Of a DNA stretch of 64,000 nt, positions 13,870-27,540 are shown piece by piece. Origin of the DNA: Octopus sinensis. Its lineage: Eukaryota. The stretch spans positions 38,068,001 to 38,132,000 of the forward strand of contig NC_043001.1 of NCBI RefSeq assembly GCF_006345805.1. The letters run 5' to 3'. Made by a program: the position numbers and the translations under genes. The notes beneath the pieces were generated by a model. It did no database searches. It was given only the letters and a program-made list of their open reading frames with translations, and was not told the origin of the DNA. Positions within the stretch are counted from its first letter, which is position 1; each line of letters starts with the position of its first letter.

Positions 13870-15860
13870 TTGATTGATTGATTGATTGATTCTAGTTTCA
13901 GCTTATGAGCTGTGGCCATGCTGGGGCACCGCCATTTGGTGTTGCTACTTGGTTTCACTTTATGGAGGCTTTCTAGCAACTGCTATTTGGTGCATGAGAG
14001 AGTTCGATGCAGCTGCCCTCATCTGCCCCTCCTGCCGTGAAGTTGGTTCATCTGGGACACCTGACAGGAAGAGATCCAGCTTCATTTTAAAGACATCTGT
14101 ATCCACCCCATGCAGGTCTCTCAGGTTCTTCGGGAGGATATTGAAGAGCTGTGGGCCTCGGAAGCCCAGGCTATCACAGAATCTTGTCCTACATCTTGAT
14201 GGCAGGTTTGGAGTCCTAGGCACCACGCAGTGGCGCCCAGTTCTGGCATTTGCGTAACTCTCGATGCCAAAGTTCAGGACACTTCCCTCCAGGATCTTCC
14301 AGATGTATATTATGGCATATCTTTCCCGCCTACGCTCCAGGGAATATAATTTTAATCTCTTGAGTCTTTCCCAGTAGCTTACATTCTGCATAGAGGCTAT
14401 CTTCTTGTGTAGCTTTGTTGGATCGCCTCAAGTTCTGTGATCAACTTGACACTGGATGGTGTGACCATAGCTGAGAGCAATAGTCAAAGTGGCTTGGACA
14501 AGTGTCTTCCAGAGGACCATCATGTTTCTTGTTCTCTTGTTCTAAAGGTTCTAAGAATCCATCCAGCCAGCCGTCTACATTTCATTGTCAGTTTAGCAAC
14601 ATGTACATGAAAGGTCGCGTCATCACTCATGTGAATACCCAGGTCACGCACTGATTGTGCCTCTGGGATTGCAATCCCTCCAGGTCCAGTGTATTCATTG
14701 GGTATTGCATTCAGTTTTGCATGCTGATAGTATAAAGCTTGAAACTTTCCAGCATTGAACTGCATGCTATTCTTTTCAGCCCACTTGTATATTTCGTCCA
14801 GCTCACATTGCAGGTGTTTAGTGTCCTCAGGGTTCTGTATTGCCTGTGAAACTTTTTATCATCTGCATAACTTGTGATCGTGGCTGAGGGCATGTCTGAG
14901 AGGGCCATTATGAACAGTAGTGGTCCCAGAACAGTGCCCTGCGGAACACCGCTCACTATTTGTGTGTTAATGGAGGTGGCCCCATTGGCTACTACCACCT
15001 GACTTCTATCCTTCAGAAAGTCATGAAGCCATTCTCCCAGTTTTCCAACTATGTTGAGATCACGCAGTTTGTGACATATCATTCCATGATCGACTTTATC
15101 AAAGGCCTTTGCAAGTCGAGATATATCACTTCCACATTTGAGTGGTTGAGCAGCCGTTTCAGCACCCAGTCGTAGTGTTGTAGGAGCTGAGTTAAACAGC
15201 TTCTCCCTGGTCGGAAACCATGCTGGGTGTCGGGCAGCAAGTCATTCTCTTCAAGGAAGGTGATCAGCTTCCTTCTGACTATTCGTTCCATGACCTTGCT
15301 GATGTGTGAGGTCAGAGAGATAGGTCTATAGTTCTTGGCTTCCGCTCTGCTACCTCCTTTATGAATGGGGCATATTTTACCTTCCTTCAGTTTTCCTGGA
15401 AGTTTGCCAGCTGCAAGGAAGCTCTGAAAGAGGAACTGCAGTGGTCTTGCTAGGACTCTCTTACATGCTTTTAGGAGGATTGCCGGGAATCCATCGGGGC
15501 CAGTAGCTGAGTCTGTTTTCATTTCATCTATAGCCTTGGTTACATCATCTTCCTTTATATCGATGTAATCTATCGTCGCCGCCTCTGATTTTATATCTGC
15601 AGTGGTAAAAAAGTCAGTTGGATTGGTGATTTGGAGATGCCCAAGGGGTGGAGTGAAAACACTCTTGAATTGCTCATTCAGTATTTCACTTACCCTCATT
15701 GGTTTTCCTGTAAGTGTGCCATCCTTTTCGAGGAGTGGCCCTATTCTACAGTGCACTGTAGCTGTTTCTTTGGCATACCTGTAGAAAGCTCTGGGGTTAG
15801 ATTTTATGTTTTCTATAGCCCAGGCTTCTTTGTCTGCTCTTTCTTATTCATGGGAGAGTT
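13870..15860 (-). mobile_element. CR1/L2-group LINE, 5'-truncated and frameshifted RT
   Basis: ATGPDGFPAILLK...KNYRPISLTSHISKVMERIV...QHGFRPGRSCLTQLL; SGVPQGTVLGPLLFIMA...YADD; SYWERLKRLKLYSLERRRERY. An (ATCA)n tail lies near 13870-13890. Confidence 0.92.
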
Positions 15861-16529
15861 GCAGACATTTTTCGATTTCCAACAGTTTTATTTTTTATTT
15901 TTATTTTTTATTATTTTGTTTTGTTTTATTTTTTTTTGTACATGTGTGAAATACAAAATTTTCAATTACAAAAGTTAAAGACTGTTAATGCTTTGATCTT
16001 CTTTGTGGAAAATATCAGAGTATTGCCTAGGGAATCAATTTGAGAATGTTTCATACATAATCTAGAAGAAAAGTGGTGTTCATGATAACTTAAGACACAA
16101 AAAATGTACAGTACAGGTTTGGCAAATGTTCAGTCAGTTTACTGATCTAAAACACAGTAAAAGGAAAATTTTAACAGAAAATTTAGTAATACTTAAGAGC
16201 AATTATAAAACTTACATGCAAAATCATTATCATCATTTAACATCCCTGTTCCATGATGGCATTAGTATGATGGTTTGAGAGGATCCAATGTGTCCAAGGA
16301 ATGCATCATGGCAGTCTATTTTGGCATTGCTTCTATGTTGAGATGCCCTTTCTACTTTACAGCATGGACTGAATGCTCCTCTTCATATCACCAGCACTAT
16401 TGAGGCCACCAGGCAGCTCACAGAACTACAAACTCTGGGAGTGGATAGTTGACTTCATACTAGGGTATGAGGGGATTGAACTATGAGAAGAGAGTGATTC
16501 CATGTAACTAAAGACAAAAAATGGGATTT

Positions 16530-18210
16530 CAAAACCCTACATGTCAGATTTTCACAAAATTTTGACCAGTTGTTCCTATCAATAAGAACAGAAAAAGTGC
16601 AAACTTTCAGACCCCAACAGTTCAAAAGTTATGCCAATTTGAAATTTGGCTCAAATCACCCGCTTTTCGGTCTACGGCACCCATCTTGAATCTCAATGCT
16701 GCAACAAATAATGTAATAACTTTCAATCCACATGGACTATTTTTCTGAAAATTTGTAACTGACCATTGGGAGGGGGGGGGCTGAATCTGAATTTGAAGAG
16801 AAAAGAGTGTATTTCTCATGGTAAAGTACTTGTTTTCTTGAATCAAAATGAAAATACTTAAAAATTTACCCCTAACACTGCTGTATAATCAAAGCCAAAT
16901 TCCCAGAAGTGTCCAAACCCTACAGCTTCAAAACTTTTTGCACATAAACTGGACATAATCTTTTACTTGTGTGTGAAAAATCTCAATGGTATTCTCAGGA
17001 CATCAAAAGTTATTATCATTTATCTCAGAAGCATAACTTTTTAATTTTTCTCAAAAGCAAAAAATTGTGTTTGACCAGTCAGTGAAAAACAATCAATGCA
17101 TCCAGCATTGATGGCAAATCAAAATCCAAGTGGTAATAATGCAACAGATATCATTTTCAGACTTAATATCATTTGCATATAACATTTCTGAGTCATATCA
17201 ATCCTACTATGACTGAGAGACTTTGTACCCTCCAGTCCACACCAAATTTTCACAAGTTCTGAGAATGTTTATATCACAATGAAACTCTGCACACATTGTC
17301 ATGTTCTTTGTATCAGTAAATTTTGCAAGCCATCTTTTTCAAACATTCTGCTTTGTATGGTGTTGTTCTTCCAGAAATATTATCATCACTTCTGAGCAGC
17401 CAATATTTTCTAAAACATGCTGGCACAACATTGAAAAGAGCTTGAATTTGTCATATTTTGGTCTGTCCTCCTTCAGCAAAATGGCTGCCAAGAGAAAACT
17501 GCACCAAATATGGAGATTGTTTTTGTTTTGAAACAACAATAAATAAATTTCAGTCACATATATCAGACAAATTTTCAAACCAGTTGTTTGTGAAACAAAG
17601 TCATGATGAAAGAAAATTAGGGGGTTTGTTTGATTCAATAACTTATCACTCAGCAATTTCAATTCAGTGCCCTGAAAGTTGGTCTGAAATCTTGAGTCTA
17701 GTATTGCAACAACACTCACTTTCAGGCAGTATGAAAGCATCTTGTGGCAAGCACTAGATCTTGAAACTATGTACAATCAATGGAAATTCGAAACTTGCCA
17801 GTTTCCATGATCTATTGAACAAAGTTCTGAAGTGCACTGTATTCTCAAACACTCATCATGAGTATGAACTGCACACAATGGATAGAATTATTTCTCCAAA
17901 ACGTCAACATACATCCAAATCAAGCTATGAAAAGTCAAACTCCAAAAAGGATGCACATTCGTCAGCAAAAGTGTGTGTTTACCAAGTTGAAAAAGAACAA
18001 ATTTTAAAATTTAGGATAACAATATAGCAGCAAAGGAATCAGGAAAATTTCCTTTTTTGAAAAACAAAATCTGGTTTTGGGGGGAAATTTTGACAGAAAT
18101 GTGTCCTTTTTGTCAAAAATTTCATCAAAGTGTGCCTTCATATGAGTCATGAGCCAGCCTCTTGCTTTCTAGAATATGGGCAGAAAAACAGTGTGTCAAA
18201 CTTGAGGAAT
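16530..18210. other. Probable non-coding flank or subterminal region of an old DNA element
   Basis: Motifs such as aaaatggctgcc, catcttgaat and cataactttttaatttt are typical of non-autonomous DNA elements. No TIR pair identified. Confidence 0.3.
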
Positions 18211-18349
18211 GAAAAAATTGTGCTCCCATATCTCGATTCAAAATCAAAAATACCTCAATTCAAACTCAATTGAAAGAAGGCTCAACAATTCTTTTGCAAA
18301 CAACGAAATGCCAAACATTCACATGGAAAGTATATCCTTGATCAGTGTC

Positions 18350-19140
18350 ATTTTTTTTTTTTGTCAGATGATATTGTCGAGCAGACAGTGATGAGACAAT
18401 TGAGGTGGCTCAATTCTGGCAACCATGTGTCAGTGGTACCCCTCATAAATCATCTCTTGTCAGCCAGCTGAATGAATGGTTTGGAAGGTGTGGATGCATG
18501 AATTTCACCTTCACATCATTTGCTTCCCAATATATCTGGATAGCAATGCCAACCCAGTGTTAGTCATCATATCTGCAGAGAAGGTATTGAGAGAGTTTGA
18601 TACCACCTGTATTAAGTTTGCAGTCAAAGTCAAAAGCAATACACTCTGACACCCATTTTATCTTGATTGTGTGGTCTAAAGTTGGAGTAAATTGGTGATA
18701 ACTTCTGCTGCTTGGAATAGCTTTGTTAAAGCGAATCTTTCAGCTAGTTCATTTCAGGTGGAGTTCATTGCATGATTCCTTGAATTGAACTTTCACAGAA
18801 TTCAAACATCTGTTTTGCAGACAGAATTTGAGAAGCAGTTGGTCACTGCAGGGTGGCTCTTGCTGTCAATCTTTTTCACAGTCCCTCTTATTTCATTACA
18901 GTGTGACTTACCATGGCTGGTGGCAAGAAAGTTCCACACACAGCTGATTGAGAAATCTGTGAGGTGATGACAAAGATTGAGGAAATGCTTGCAATTCCAA
19001 GCAGCACAAACATCTGAAAAATGATGAATGACTTCAATTGAAGGATTCAGCCTTTATGTGATCTGTTGTCTCCTGCAGAACCTTGTGAACAAAACCAACA
19101 TTACGATCCACATCATCAATGATGCAAATGAAAGAATTAT
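18350..19140 (-). pseudogene. Decayed DDE-type transposase of uncertain superfamily (Sola/Zator-like motifs)
   Basis: Hand translation across frameshifts and stops: SFICIIDDVDRNVGFVHKVLQ / IHHFSDVCAAWNCKHFLNLCHHLTDFSISCVWNFLATSHGKSHCNEIRGTVKK / ARATLQ*PTASQILSAKQMFEFC / SRSYHQFTP / HWVGIA...DVKVKFMHPH. Confidence 0.75.
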
Positions 19141-19959
19141 ATGGAATTACCGAAGAGGATATGCGTGGCTACTCACATTTAGAAGGGGAACAAGAGAGAA
19201 AGAAATTAACAGTAGAAGATGCAGAAAGTTGTTAATTTTAAACAAGAAAAGTAAATATCGCAATTTCATGTATACTGGATCAGAATAAGCCAAGTGGAGT
19301 AAACAGAAAAACCACAACTGAAAACTTTTAATTAAGTGATGCATTTAAAAAGCTGTAAGTAACTGTTAAAACTAATATAATATAGCAAATTATTTTAGAG
19401 AAGATAGAGGTGTTTTAGCCAGAGCAATGGAAACATCCTAGATTGAAGCTTTTACATAGTTATAAATGTCCACAGTGAAAAATTTAGAGATTGCTGAGGA
19501 ACTATTTGAGATGGGGTGGGGTAGAATTTAAGCTTCAATGAGTAGGGTACTGTTAAGTTTGGTGTAGTGGTGGTGGTAGAATTCACAATACATAACTTAC
19601 TGTAAAGATATAATTTCTTTTAAAGTTACTTTCACCTAAAGAAAATTTATCATTTTTAACTTCATAATACTATTTACAACATGGTATAGCATTTTTAAAA
19701 CTAATTTCTCAACTTGTGTTTTCATTGGGTTAAACATAACATACTTTAAATATCATTTTAATTTTAGGTACAATGACTAAGGTGAAAATACTGGACCACT
19801 GACCTTATGACCAAAGTTCAATCCCAGAGTTATTGTGGTATATCCAAGCAATTCTGAGAGATTAACACTAGGAAGAGCATCTGTCAAATCAAATTCTCCC
19901 ACTAACAATACACAAAACAACATGGCAGATGCACTGGTGCAATAAACACTGAAGATGTA

Positions 19960-21095
19960 GAGAAAACAGATTCCATCACATGCCAGAAGAAACTAGAAGT
20001 TAATAGCTTCTACTACCTAGGCGACCAAGTCTGTAGTAGGGGGTGGTTGCTCTGAGAGTGTAGTGACTAGAGTAAGAATAGCCTGGGCAAAGTTCATGGA
20101 GTTCCTACCTCTGCTGGCAACTAAGGGCCTTTCCTTTCACTCAGAGTGAAAGGTAGACTGTATGATGCATGTGTGCGAACTGCCATGCTACACGGCAGTG
20201 AAACATGGTCTATGAATGCTGAGGACATGCGTAGGCTTTAAAGAAATGAAGCTAGTATGATCCACTGGATGTGTAATATCAGTGTGTATACATGACAGAG
20301 TGTAAGCACCCTGAGAGAAAAGTTGGGTATAAGAAGCATCAAATGTGGTGTGCAAAAGAGGCAACTGTACTGGTATGGTTATGTGTTACGTATGCATGAA
20401 GATAGCTGTGTGAGGAAATGCCACTCCCTAACTGTAGAAGGAACCTGTGGAAGAGGTAACTGAGGAAGACATAGGATGAGGTGGCAAAGCATGACCTTCG
20501 AACATTGGGCCTCACCGAGGCAATGACAGGAGACCGGGACCTTTGGAGATACACTGTGACTGAGAAGACCCGGCAACTAAGTGAGATTGCCACCATGCAC
20601 ATCCAGCCCTGTTAAGAATACTCCTGATGTGTCAGGCGATATGATATGCTTGAGAAGACCTGTTGATTCAAGTAAAACCAATACTGTAGCTGGAGCCAGT
20701 GCTCCCTGACTGGCTCCCATGCCAATGGCACATAATAAGTAGAATCCGAACATGGCCGATGCCAGGTCCGCCTGATTAGCTCCTGTGCCGGTGGCATGTA
20801 ATAAGCACCAACTGATCGTGACTGATGCCAGTACCCGTTGACTGGCTCCTGTACCAGTGACATGTAAAAAGCACCATCCAAATGTGATCGTTGCCAGGCC
20901 TGCCTGACTGGCTCCTGTGCTGGTGGCACGTAAAAAGCACCCACTACACTCTCAGAGTGGTTGGCGTTAGGAAGGGCATCCAGCTGTAGAAACTTTGCCA
21001 GACCAAACTGGAGCCTGGTGCAGCCTTCTGGCTTCCCAGATCCCCGGTCGAACTGTCCAACCCATGCCAGCATGGAAAACAGACGTTAATCGATG
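19960..21095 (+). mobile_element. 5'-truncated RTE LINE, same family as 9310-10320, opposite orientation
   Basis: Shares gtagactgtatgatgcatgtgtgcgaactgccatgcta...aagcatgaccttcgaacattggg and the same 3' UTR. Confidence 0.9.
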
Positions 21096-21103
21096 AAGTG
21101 GAG

Positions 21104-21756
21104 GAGGTGCATTCAAAAAGTATCTGACTAATTTTCCCTTTCAAAACTAATGCCCCGTGGGTAAAATCCTTTGCACAGTCCAGCAGGTCCTGAGTGATTT
21201 CCATATGGAGTTGCTTCTGCTGCTCCACCAGCACCTTGGAGAAGAAGTTCACCAACACTCTTTGCATGCACAAATCTTCTGTTAAAATGGAATGCACTGA
21301 TCCTGTGCTTATTTCTACTTCATGAGCAATTTCCTGGATTGTTACATAATGATCTTCCATGATTATTTGCCAAACCTCAACCAGCAACTCATTTTGGCTT
21401 GTGGAGCCATGTATGAAGTGATTGTACCACTCCCTGATCTGAGTTTTACCCATGGCATCATGGCCAAAAGCCTGCTGAATCTTCTGGATGGTTTGAATTT
21501 CAGTATCACCAAGCTTTTGGCAAAACTTAATGCAATATCTCTACTCAATGCATTTGGTGAATATAAAAATCTGATAAATGTGCACTACATGTCTGTACTC
21601 TTGGCAAACAGTCAGGTACTAATGCAGCCTACCTGTGCAAAAATTTTAATGCATGCACAGGAAGGGTGACATCACCTCCCATCTAAAAGATTTTGCCCTC
21701 ATGGCATTAGATTTTGGTGAGAAAAAATAAAGTCAGATACTTTTTGAATGCACCTC
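21104..21756 (-). mobile_element. Internally deleted mariner with perfect 26-bp TIRs
   Basis: GAGGTGCATTCAAAAAGTATCTGACT at 21104-21129 and its exact reverse complement at 21731-21756. The internal HTH remnant reads QIREWYNHF...VTIQEIAHEVEISTGSVHSILTEDLCMQRV. Confidence 0.92.
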
Positions 21757-22559
21757 ATATGTATGTATCATCATCATCGTCATCATTTAACATCTGTCTT
21801 CCATGGTAGCATTGGCTGAATAATTTGACAAGCTAGAAGGTTGCAGCAGGCTCTAATGTTTGCTTTGACAAAGTTTCGACAGTAATACCAGCTGCTTTAC
21901 AGATTGTACTGAGTACTTTTTTCATGGTGCTTTCACCATGAAGTTATGAAGTAACTTGCAAGACAAGAGCCCCTTGACAGAGTGGGAGTGCAGTATTGAG
22001 GAAGGTGACTTTGTGCCAGGTGATGAGAGGTTAAAGTACAATACAGGAACAAGAACAGTTGTCTTATTACAGGAGATATGTGGCTACCCCAGCAGGAAAA
22101 GGAGAAAGGGTAAAAATAGAAGTAAGGTCAGGGTAAAGGAAATAAGTGGTCATACATAAAAAAGAGTGGGTTGGAGAGCAACAGTAAATAAAACTATAGA
22201 TAAACGTGAAATAGGGAGATGATATGAAGTGTGGAGGAGATATGCACAGTGACTGAGGTGGAGGTCAGAGATGAGTAAGTGTGGATATAGTGACAAAGAA
22301 AGGGGGAAACATCGATAGCAGATATGAGACAGTGTCCAGGAGAAAAGGGCATTCAATGGAACTAAAGCTGAAAGAGATGATGTTAGGAATGTGAATAAGG
22401 AATATGAACTGGTTCCAAGGCAAGGGATAACTGGCAACACAAAAAGAGGAGTGGAATATTTGCAGTTTTGCTCTCATATAATAACAACAACTGAGGAAAT
22501 AGTGCCACACTTTGAAGAATGATGGAGGGATGGATGTTATAAAAATGAGTTGTAGAATC

Positions 22560-23055
22560 AGGTACAGATTGGGTGTTGGGGCATAGACATTGATGGTATG
22601 CTTTTAGGACCACAGGCCTTTGTTACCTCCTTCATCAGACTCAACAACCCAGGGTCAGTCTTTACTACTTCATTGCATGTCTTCCTGAGTCTCCCTCTTG
22701 CATGAGTTTCATGCACATTAGTGATCAGCACTCTTTTATGCAACTATCTTCATTCATATGCATCATATGACCATACCAGCAGTCTTCTTTCTTGTACACT
22801 ACGTCTGATACCTTATACCAATTTTCCTCTCAACACATTTGCATTTGGTCATACACACACACATGATGATTGAAGACAGCTGTGTGAGGAAGTGCCACTC
22901 CCTAACTGTAGAAGGAACCTGTGGAAGAGGTAGATCCAGGAAGACATAGGATGAGGTGGTGAAGCATGACCTTCGAACATTGGGCCTCACAGAGGTAATG
23001 ACAGGAGACCAGGACCTTTGGAGATATGCTGTGATTGAGAAGACCTGGCAACTAA
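22560..23055. mobile_element. Two RTE C-terminal fragments back to back (minus ~22560-22860, plus ~22865-23055)
   Basis: Both encode the EDSC.KKC...GRGR.RKTW.EVVK region; the minus copy is more decayed. Confidence 0.75.
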
Positions 23056-26000
23056 ATTCACAGCCCATATTTCACTACCATATAATATTGCTATGCACTT
23101 ACACTTTTGAGAAGGATTTAAATTTTCTAAAACCCTGTAATATTAAATAAGGTTGCTCATCGTACCAAATGAGATAAAAAGAAGTAATAAAAACCACTAA
23201 ATATGAAACTTACTGATCCTGATTTAGCTTCAAAGTTTCTTTCCATTCTAAGGTCAGGCAAATTTATAACTGTTAAATGTTATTAGTACATATATTTTTT
23301 ATTTAGAAAGTTTTATACTTTAAAATAAGACACCTTAAAATTATTTATTTCCTTCTTGAAGAGCCTATAAATTTTTATATATAGCATTTAAAAAAATGTT
23401 CATTGATCAATGAGTAAATGTATAAGACAACAGTTGTTATTTAATGGCTTAATCATATACAAAAAATGAGAAGCATAATATTTTGTAGTTCTTCTTGAGT
23501 CTAGAAGAAAGGGAAGAAGAAAACACAACTCATGTGATAGTTGAAAGTGAAGTATCACAATATTCAGACCTGGCCTGAAAACTTGCAACAGAATCGACTC
23601 TGCAAAAGGCATCTAAGGGCCAGGTGGTAGCATTAAGCTGCATAACAGATTCAGTTCACTACCTAGTTTTATATTGAAAATTTGAAAGAAATAACAACCC
23701 TCAAAAAAACTGGAATTTGAAAGAGTGGTTTCCTTTAATAATTTCACTGTCACACACTGTCTGTTTCTGAAGAATACAAAGTTAAAACTTTCGCAATCTA
23801 AAAATATCAGAGCATTGCAATCGCTGATGACCTATCATGTCAACCATATATTTACAACACAGTCAATGTTGCATACCAAAGGTTGAGTTTCTTCTTTAAG
23901 GTCAAAAATACATTAGCAATGAATAGTTGCTGACACAAGTATGTCCCACATTAATCATCACCATCATCATTTTTGTCTCTTCCATATTTGCATGGATTGA
24001 ACAGGTCTCAATGCCATCTACCAGACATAGAAGCATTCACTGTAACCCATTGATGCACAATGATGATGACCTCTGGTAAAATGGTTCCTGCATCTCTGAG
24101 CATGCAAACTGTACCTTTCCTATCCAAACACACTTGATGGAGCAACCTCAGCTCCACTCATTTCTGATGTCCAGTAAAATTGTATTAAACGTTTTCTCAT
24201 TTTCATACCCCGGGAACTGTACAATGAAATACTCTGTATTTGAATCTAGCATCCACTTTGAATCTACATAAAGTTACATGTGTCTTTGTAATAACTGCCT
24301 TTTATATATATATTAAATCAATCTTAAAAGTTATATCCTAAGGAATTCCAATTGCTTTATGTCCTTGCCACAAAAACTGGACCTAAATATGATTTAGAAC
24401 AGCACCACACGACTAAAAAGTGTGAAATGAAATAAAAAATAGTCAATATTGAATAGAAAAACCTTCCAATAATCATTTTTTCAAACCGCTCAAGCTTTAA
24501 AAGAGATTCAAAAATTCTATATGTGAACTATAAGAACAAAAGTACGAATATATGTGCTCCATACACACAAATACCTGGTACTTTATTGTTTTCATAAACG
24601 ACTGAAGCAACTGGATCAAGATCTAGGATAAATAATACAAACAAGTGATTTGACAACCAAAGCAGATCAGTTTAGTTATATAACGGGCTTTATTTTCTCC
24701 AAAAAGGTGAAATAGCTTTGGTTACATTTTGAGAATTTTACGCTAAAACTAACAATGTCTGAAAGGCCATCACGCTTTACTCATCATATTTTCCCCTGGT
24801 ATAGCGAAAACTTTATCGCAAAGCAGGATCTCCTTCACTCAGGTGGGGCATTAGAGCTAAGAAATTATATTTCTGAAACTAGAAACATTTCCATATATCG
24901 TTTCTAATTCAACTGTTTAGAAATTTATTGTGAAGATGGTTATGGTCTACGAAACGGAGGGCAGATAAATGTTGAGGGATACAACGAAGCTTTTAATAAT
25001 ATACTTACTCAAGTCGGAAAATACAGAAAACAGAAGACAAAGTTAAAATAGAATTGCAATATTTAAATTAAGACAACAATAATACAGGAGAATAGAATAA
25101 CTGAATGCCAAAATGGGAATCGGAGGTTGGGGAAGATGATGTAAGAAAACTCTACAGCGAACTAACTACAAAATGGTTATAAAGACGGGGACCTATTTAC
25201 TTGTATTTTAATTTGTAGTTCGAAAGCTTATTTTAGGTCGTTCGTATAACATCATGATATAAACAACATGCATGATGGTTTCATAAAACATCAGTAATAA
25301 TCATGGAAGTAAATATAATTAATAAATAAGCAGGAAATTATGGTTTGTACATGAAATTACAAAAACAAACAAAAAAATAGTGAAAACAACTGTATGATAA
25401 CGAAATACTGCTTAAATGCAAAATTTAGGATTCATAACACTAGATAAATATAACAACTTTAGAGTGACGAAAATGACCAAAAAAATTATAGAACTTTATT
25501 TCATTGTATAAACATGGGCATTTAATAATAAATAACCACGAGATTTGTTAGATACTAAACATTTCAAGCCAATTATTTAATGGTAACGTAAACCACATAA
25601 AATTTCCTTTCAGCGGAAAACTAGAGTTTAAAGGTAACAAGTAAGGTTCGAATAAATAAGTATAGGTTTAACATTTTAAAGGAAAATAAACAATGATCAT
25701 TTGTCTTGATTGTGATCAAGTATTTAAAGTGACAAGTCATGAAGTATCAACAAATGAATATTTTTTCACTAAATTGGGTTTTATCGAGTCAGACAAGCTT
25801 GTCTTTTAACGAAGCAGAGAATGTGTTGCGTAGAGGCCTAGCTACACAAAATCACGAGCAACGCGATATTTTAGGTTATAACATTTAATATATTTACAAA
25901 ATAGTATAATCATATATAAATATTTGACATGTAATCAGTAACAAAATATTGAGATAGCTTGAAATGTCATGAGAAGTATAATGTTTACAACAACAATGTA

Positions 26001-26113
26001 TGTTGAGCAGGCGAGAGGGCCAGGAAAGGTTGGCTGCAAAACGAGTGTCGTTATAGTATGAAATAAAAATGGGAATGTCACAGAAATAAATCAGTAACAA
26101 AATACTAACTCAC

Positions 26114-26271
26114 CAATTGTTCATATCAAGGAAGAAAGCACAGCCTGCAGCATTTAACTGGTCACCCAGTAGTTTCTGGAATTCGGCAATGAGCACCTCT
26201 TTATCAGTCGTCCCCATAGAGCTGAACTGTTGTAGTAATTTCCCGTCCAGTTCGTTGTCCTCGTCCCCCAT
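26114..26271 (-). CDS. ILRUN: ILRUN/C6orf106 homolog, first coding exon
   Basis: MGDEDNELDGKLLQQFSSMGTTDKEVLIAEFQKLLGDQLNAAGCAFFLDMNN(W), versus human MEGMDVDLDPELMQKFSCLGTTDKDVLISEFQRLLGFQLNPAGCAFFLDMTNW. Donor TG|gtgagt; 158 nt. A possible acceptor lies at 26331-26332 in the 5' UTR. Confidence 0.96.
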
Positions 26272-27340
26272 TTTTCTGAGTGATTTTAGTTGTATAAGTA
26301 ATTTTGGAGGATGTTTTGTCGTTCTTAAACCTAAATATGGTAATTGATAAACGCCAGGAATATGTCAGTGCTTGTTTGTGTTCCTCTGTAGACTGGATTA
26401 TGTGTTTTTATGTACACATACACATTACACATGGACTTGAATTAAGTGATATAGTCTCATTTCGTTTTCACTTTACGTATTCCCGTTCAGCGTTCTAAAC
26501 GAAAGGTATAACATCTAGAACGATGAAATACAGTATTAAAATGATTCTTAGTGCTTGGTTAGTAGTTCGTCTTGCCGTCGTCTCGATCTATTATTGTTGT
26601 TACTCAACTGATAGTAGTAGTGGTGGAGTTATCGCCGTCGTTGTAGTTCTGGATTCCAAAGTAACAATTCCCACCACTGCGTATGAACAGTTTACATTCT
26701 CAATGTTTTCCTTTCCACCTACTCAGTATTGTTTAGTTTACAGAATCAGAGGAAGTGTTAAAACACAACAAACTGAAGACAAGGATAATATATTAAAAGT
26801 GAGGTCGAGAATGATGTTTCAAAACCGAATTCTTAGAATATATAAACGAAAAGTAAAAAATAAAAAGTAAAATCAGTTGCGATAATTTACTTTTCAGTCA
26901 CCAATATTCCACAGTTTGTGTCCACAAAAAAACCCCTATCTCCTTTCCTTGTCAACTTAGAGGCCAATAGTAAATATACTAAACACCTACACGTGTTTGA
27001 ATACATTGACATTATTTACATTGAAACTTCAGGCTAGACATCTCTTATGATCAGCTATTATTTCGGACAACCAGTTCACTGAACTTTTTCCTATTATAGA
27101 AAAATATAGTTTATTTTAAATATTTTCTTCTAGTTTTGTCCAATCTTTATTTGTGTTTTAATATTTCATCATACACTTTTCCTCTCACTGTCAGTTCCCT
27201 CCTCTTTACTTTATTATATCGAGGCTCCAGTTTTAGGTTATTTTTGCAGGTTTCAAGCTGTTCCTAAGTCTGTTTCCAATGTTGTCTAAGAGGGTTAGGT
27301 TGACGGGCCATTATTACAGTTTAAACCCTGCTTACCTTAC

Positions 27341-27540
27341 CTCTCTGGCAGTACTTTCCCATTAGATTTTTAGAAAAATTATGTAGGCTGGTTCTATGCA
27401 TATACTTTCTTGTTTTCTACTCCTTCGCTCAATTCTATCCTACAAGTATGATAGTTAGGACATTGTCGAACATCCATTTCAAGACCCGAAACGAGTGCTT
27501 GGCTATAATGACGTCACAAAACTTTCGGCGCATGCTCTCT
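27341..27540 (-). promoter_or_regulatory. Candidate ILRUN promoter and non-coding first exon
   Basis: Perfect CRE TGACGTCA at 27509-27516, NRF1-like GCGCATGC at 27528-27535, and tandem strong donors GAG|gtaagg and AAG|gtaagc on the minus strand at 27340 and 27335. Confidence 0.45.
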
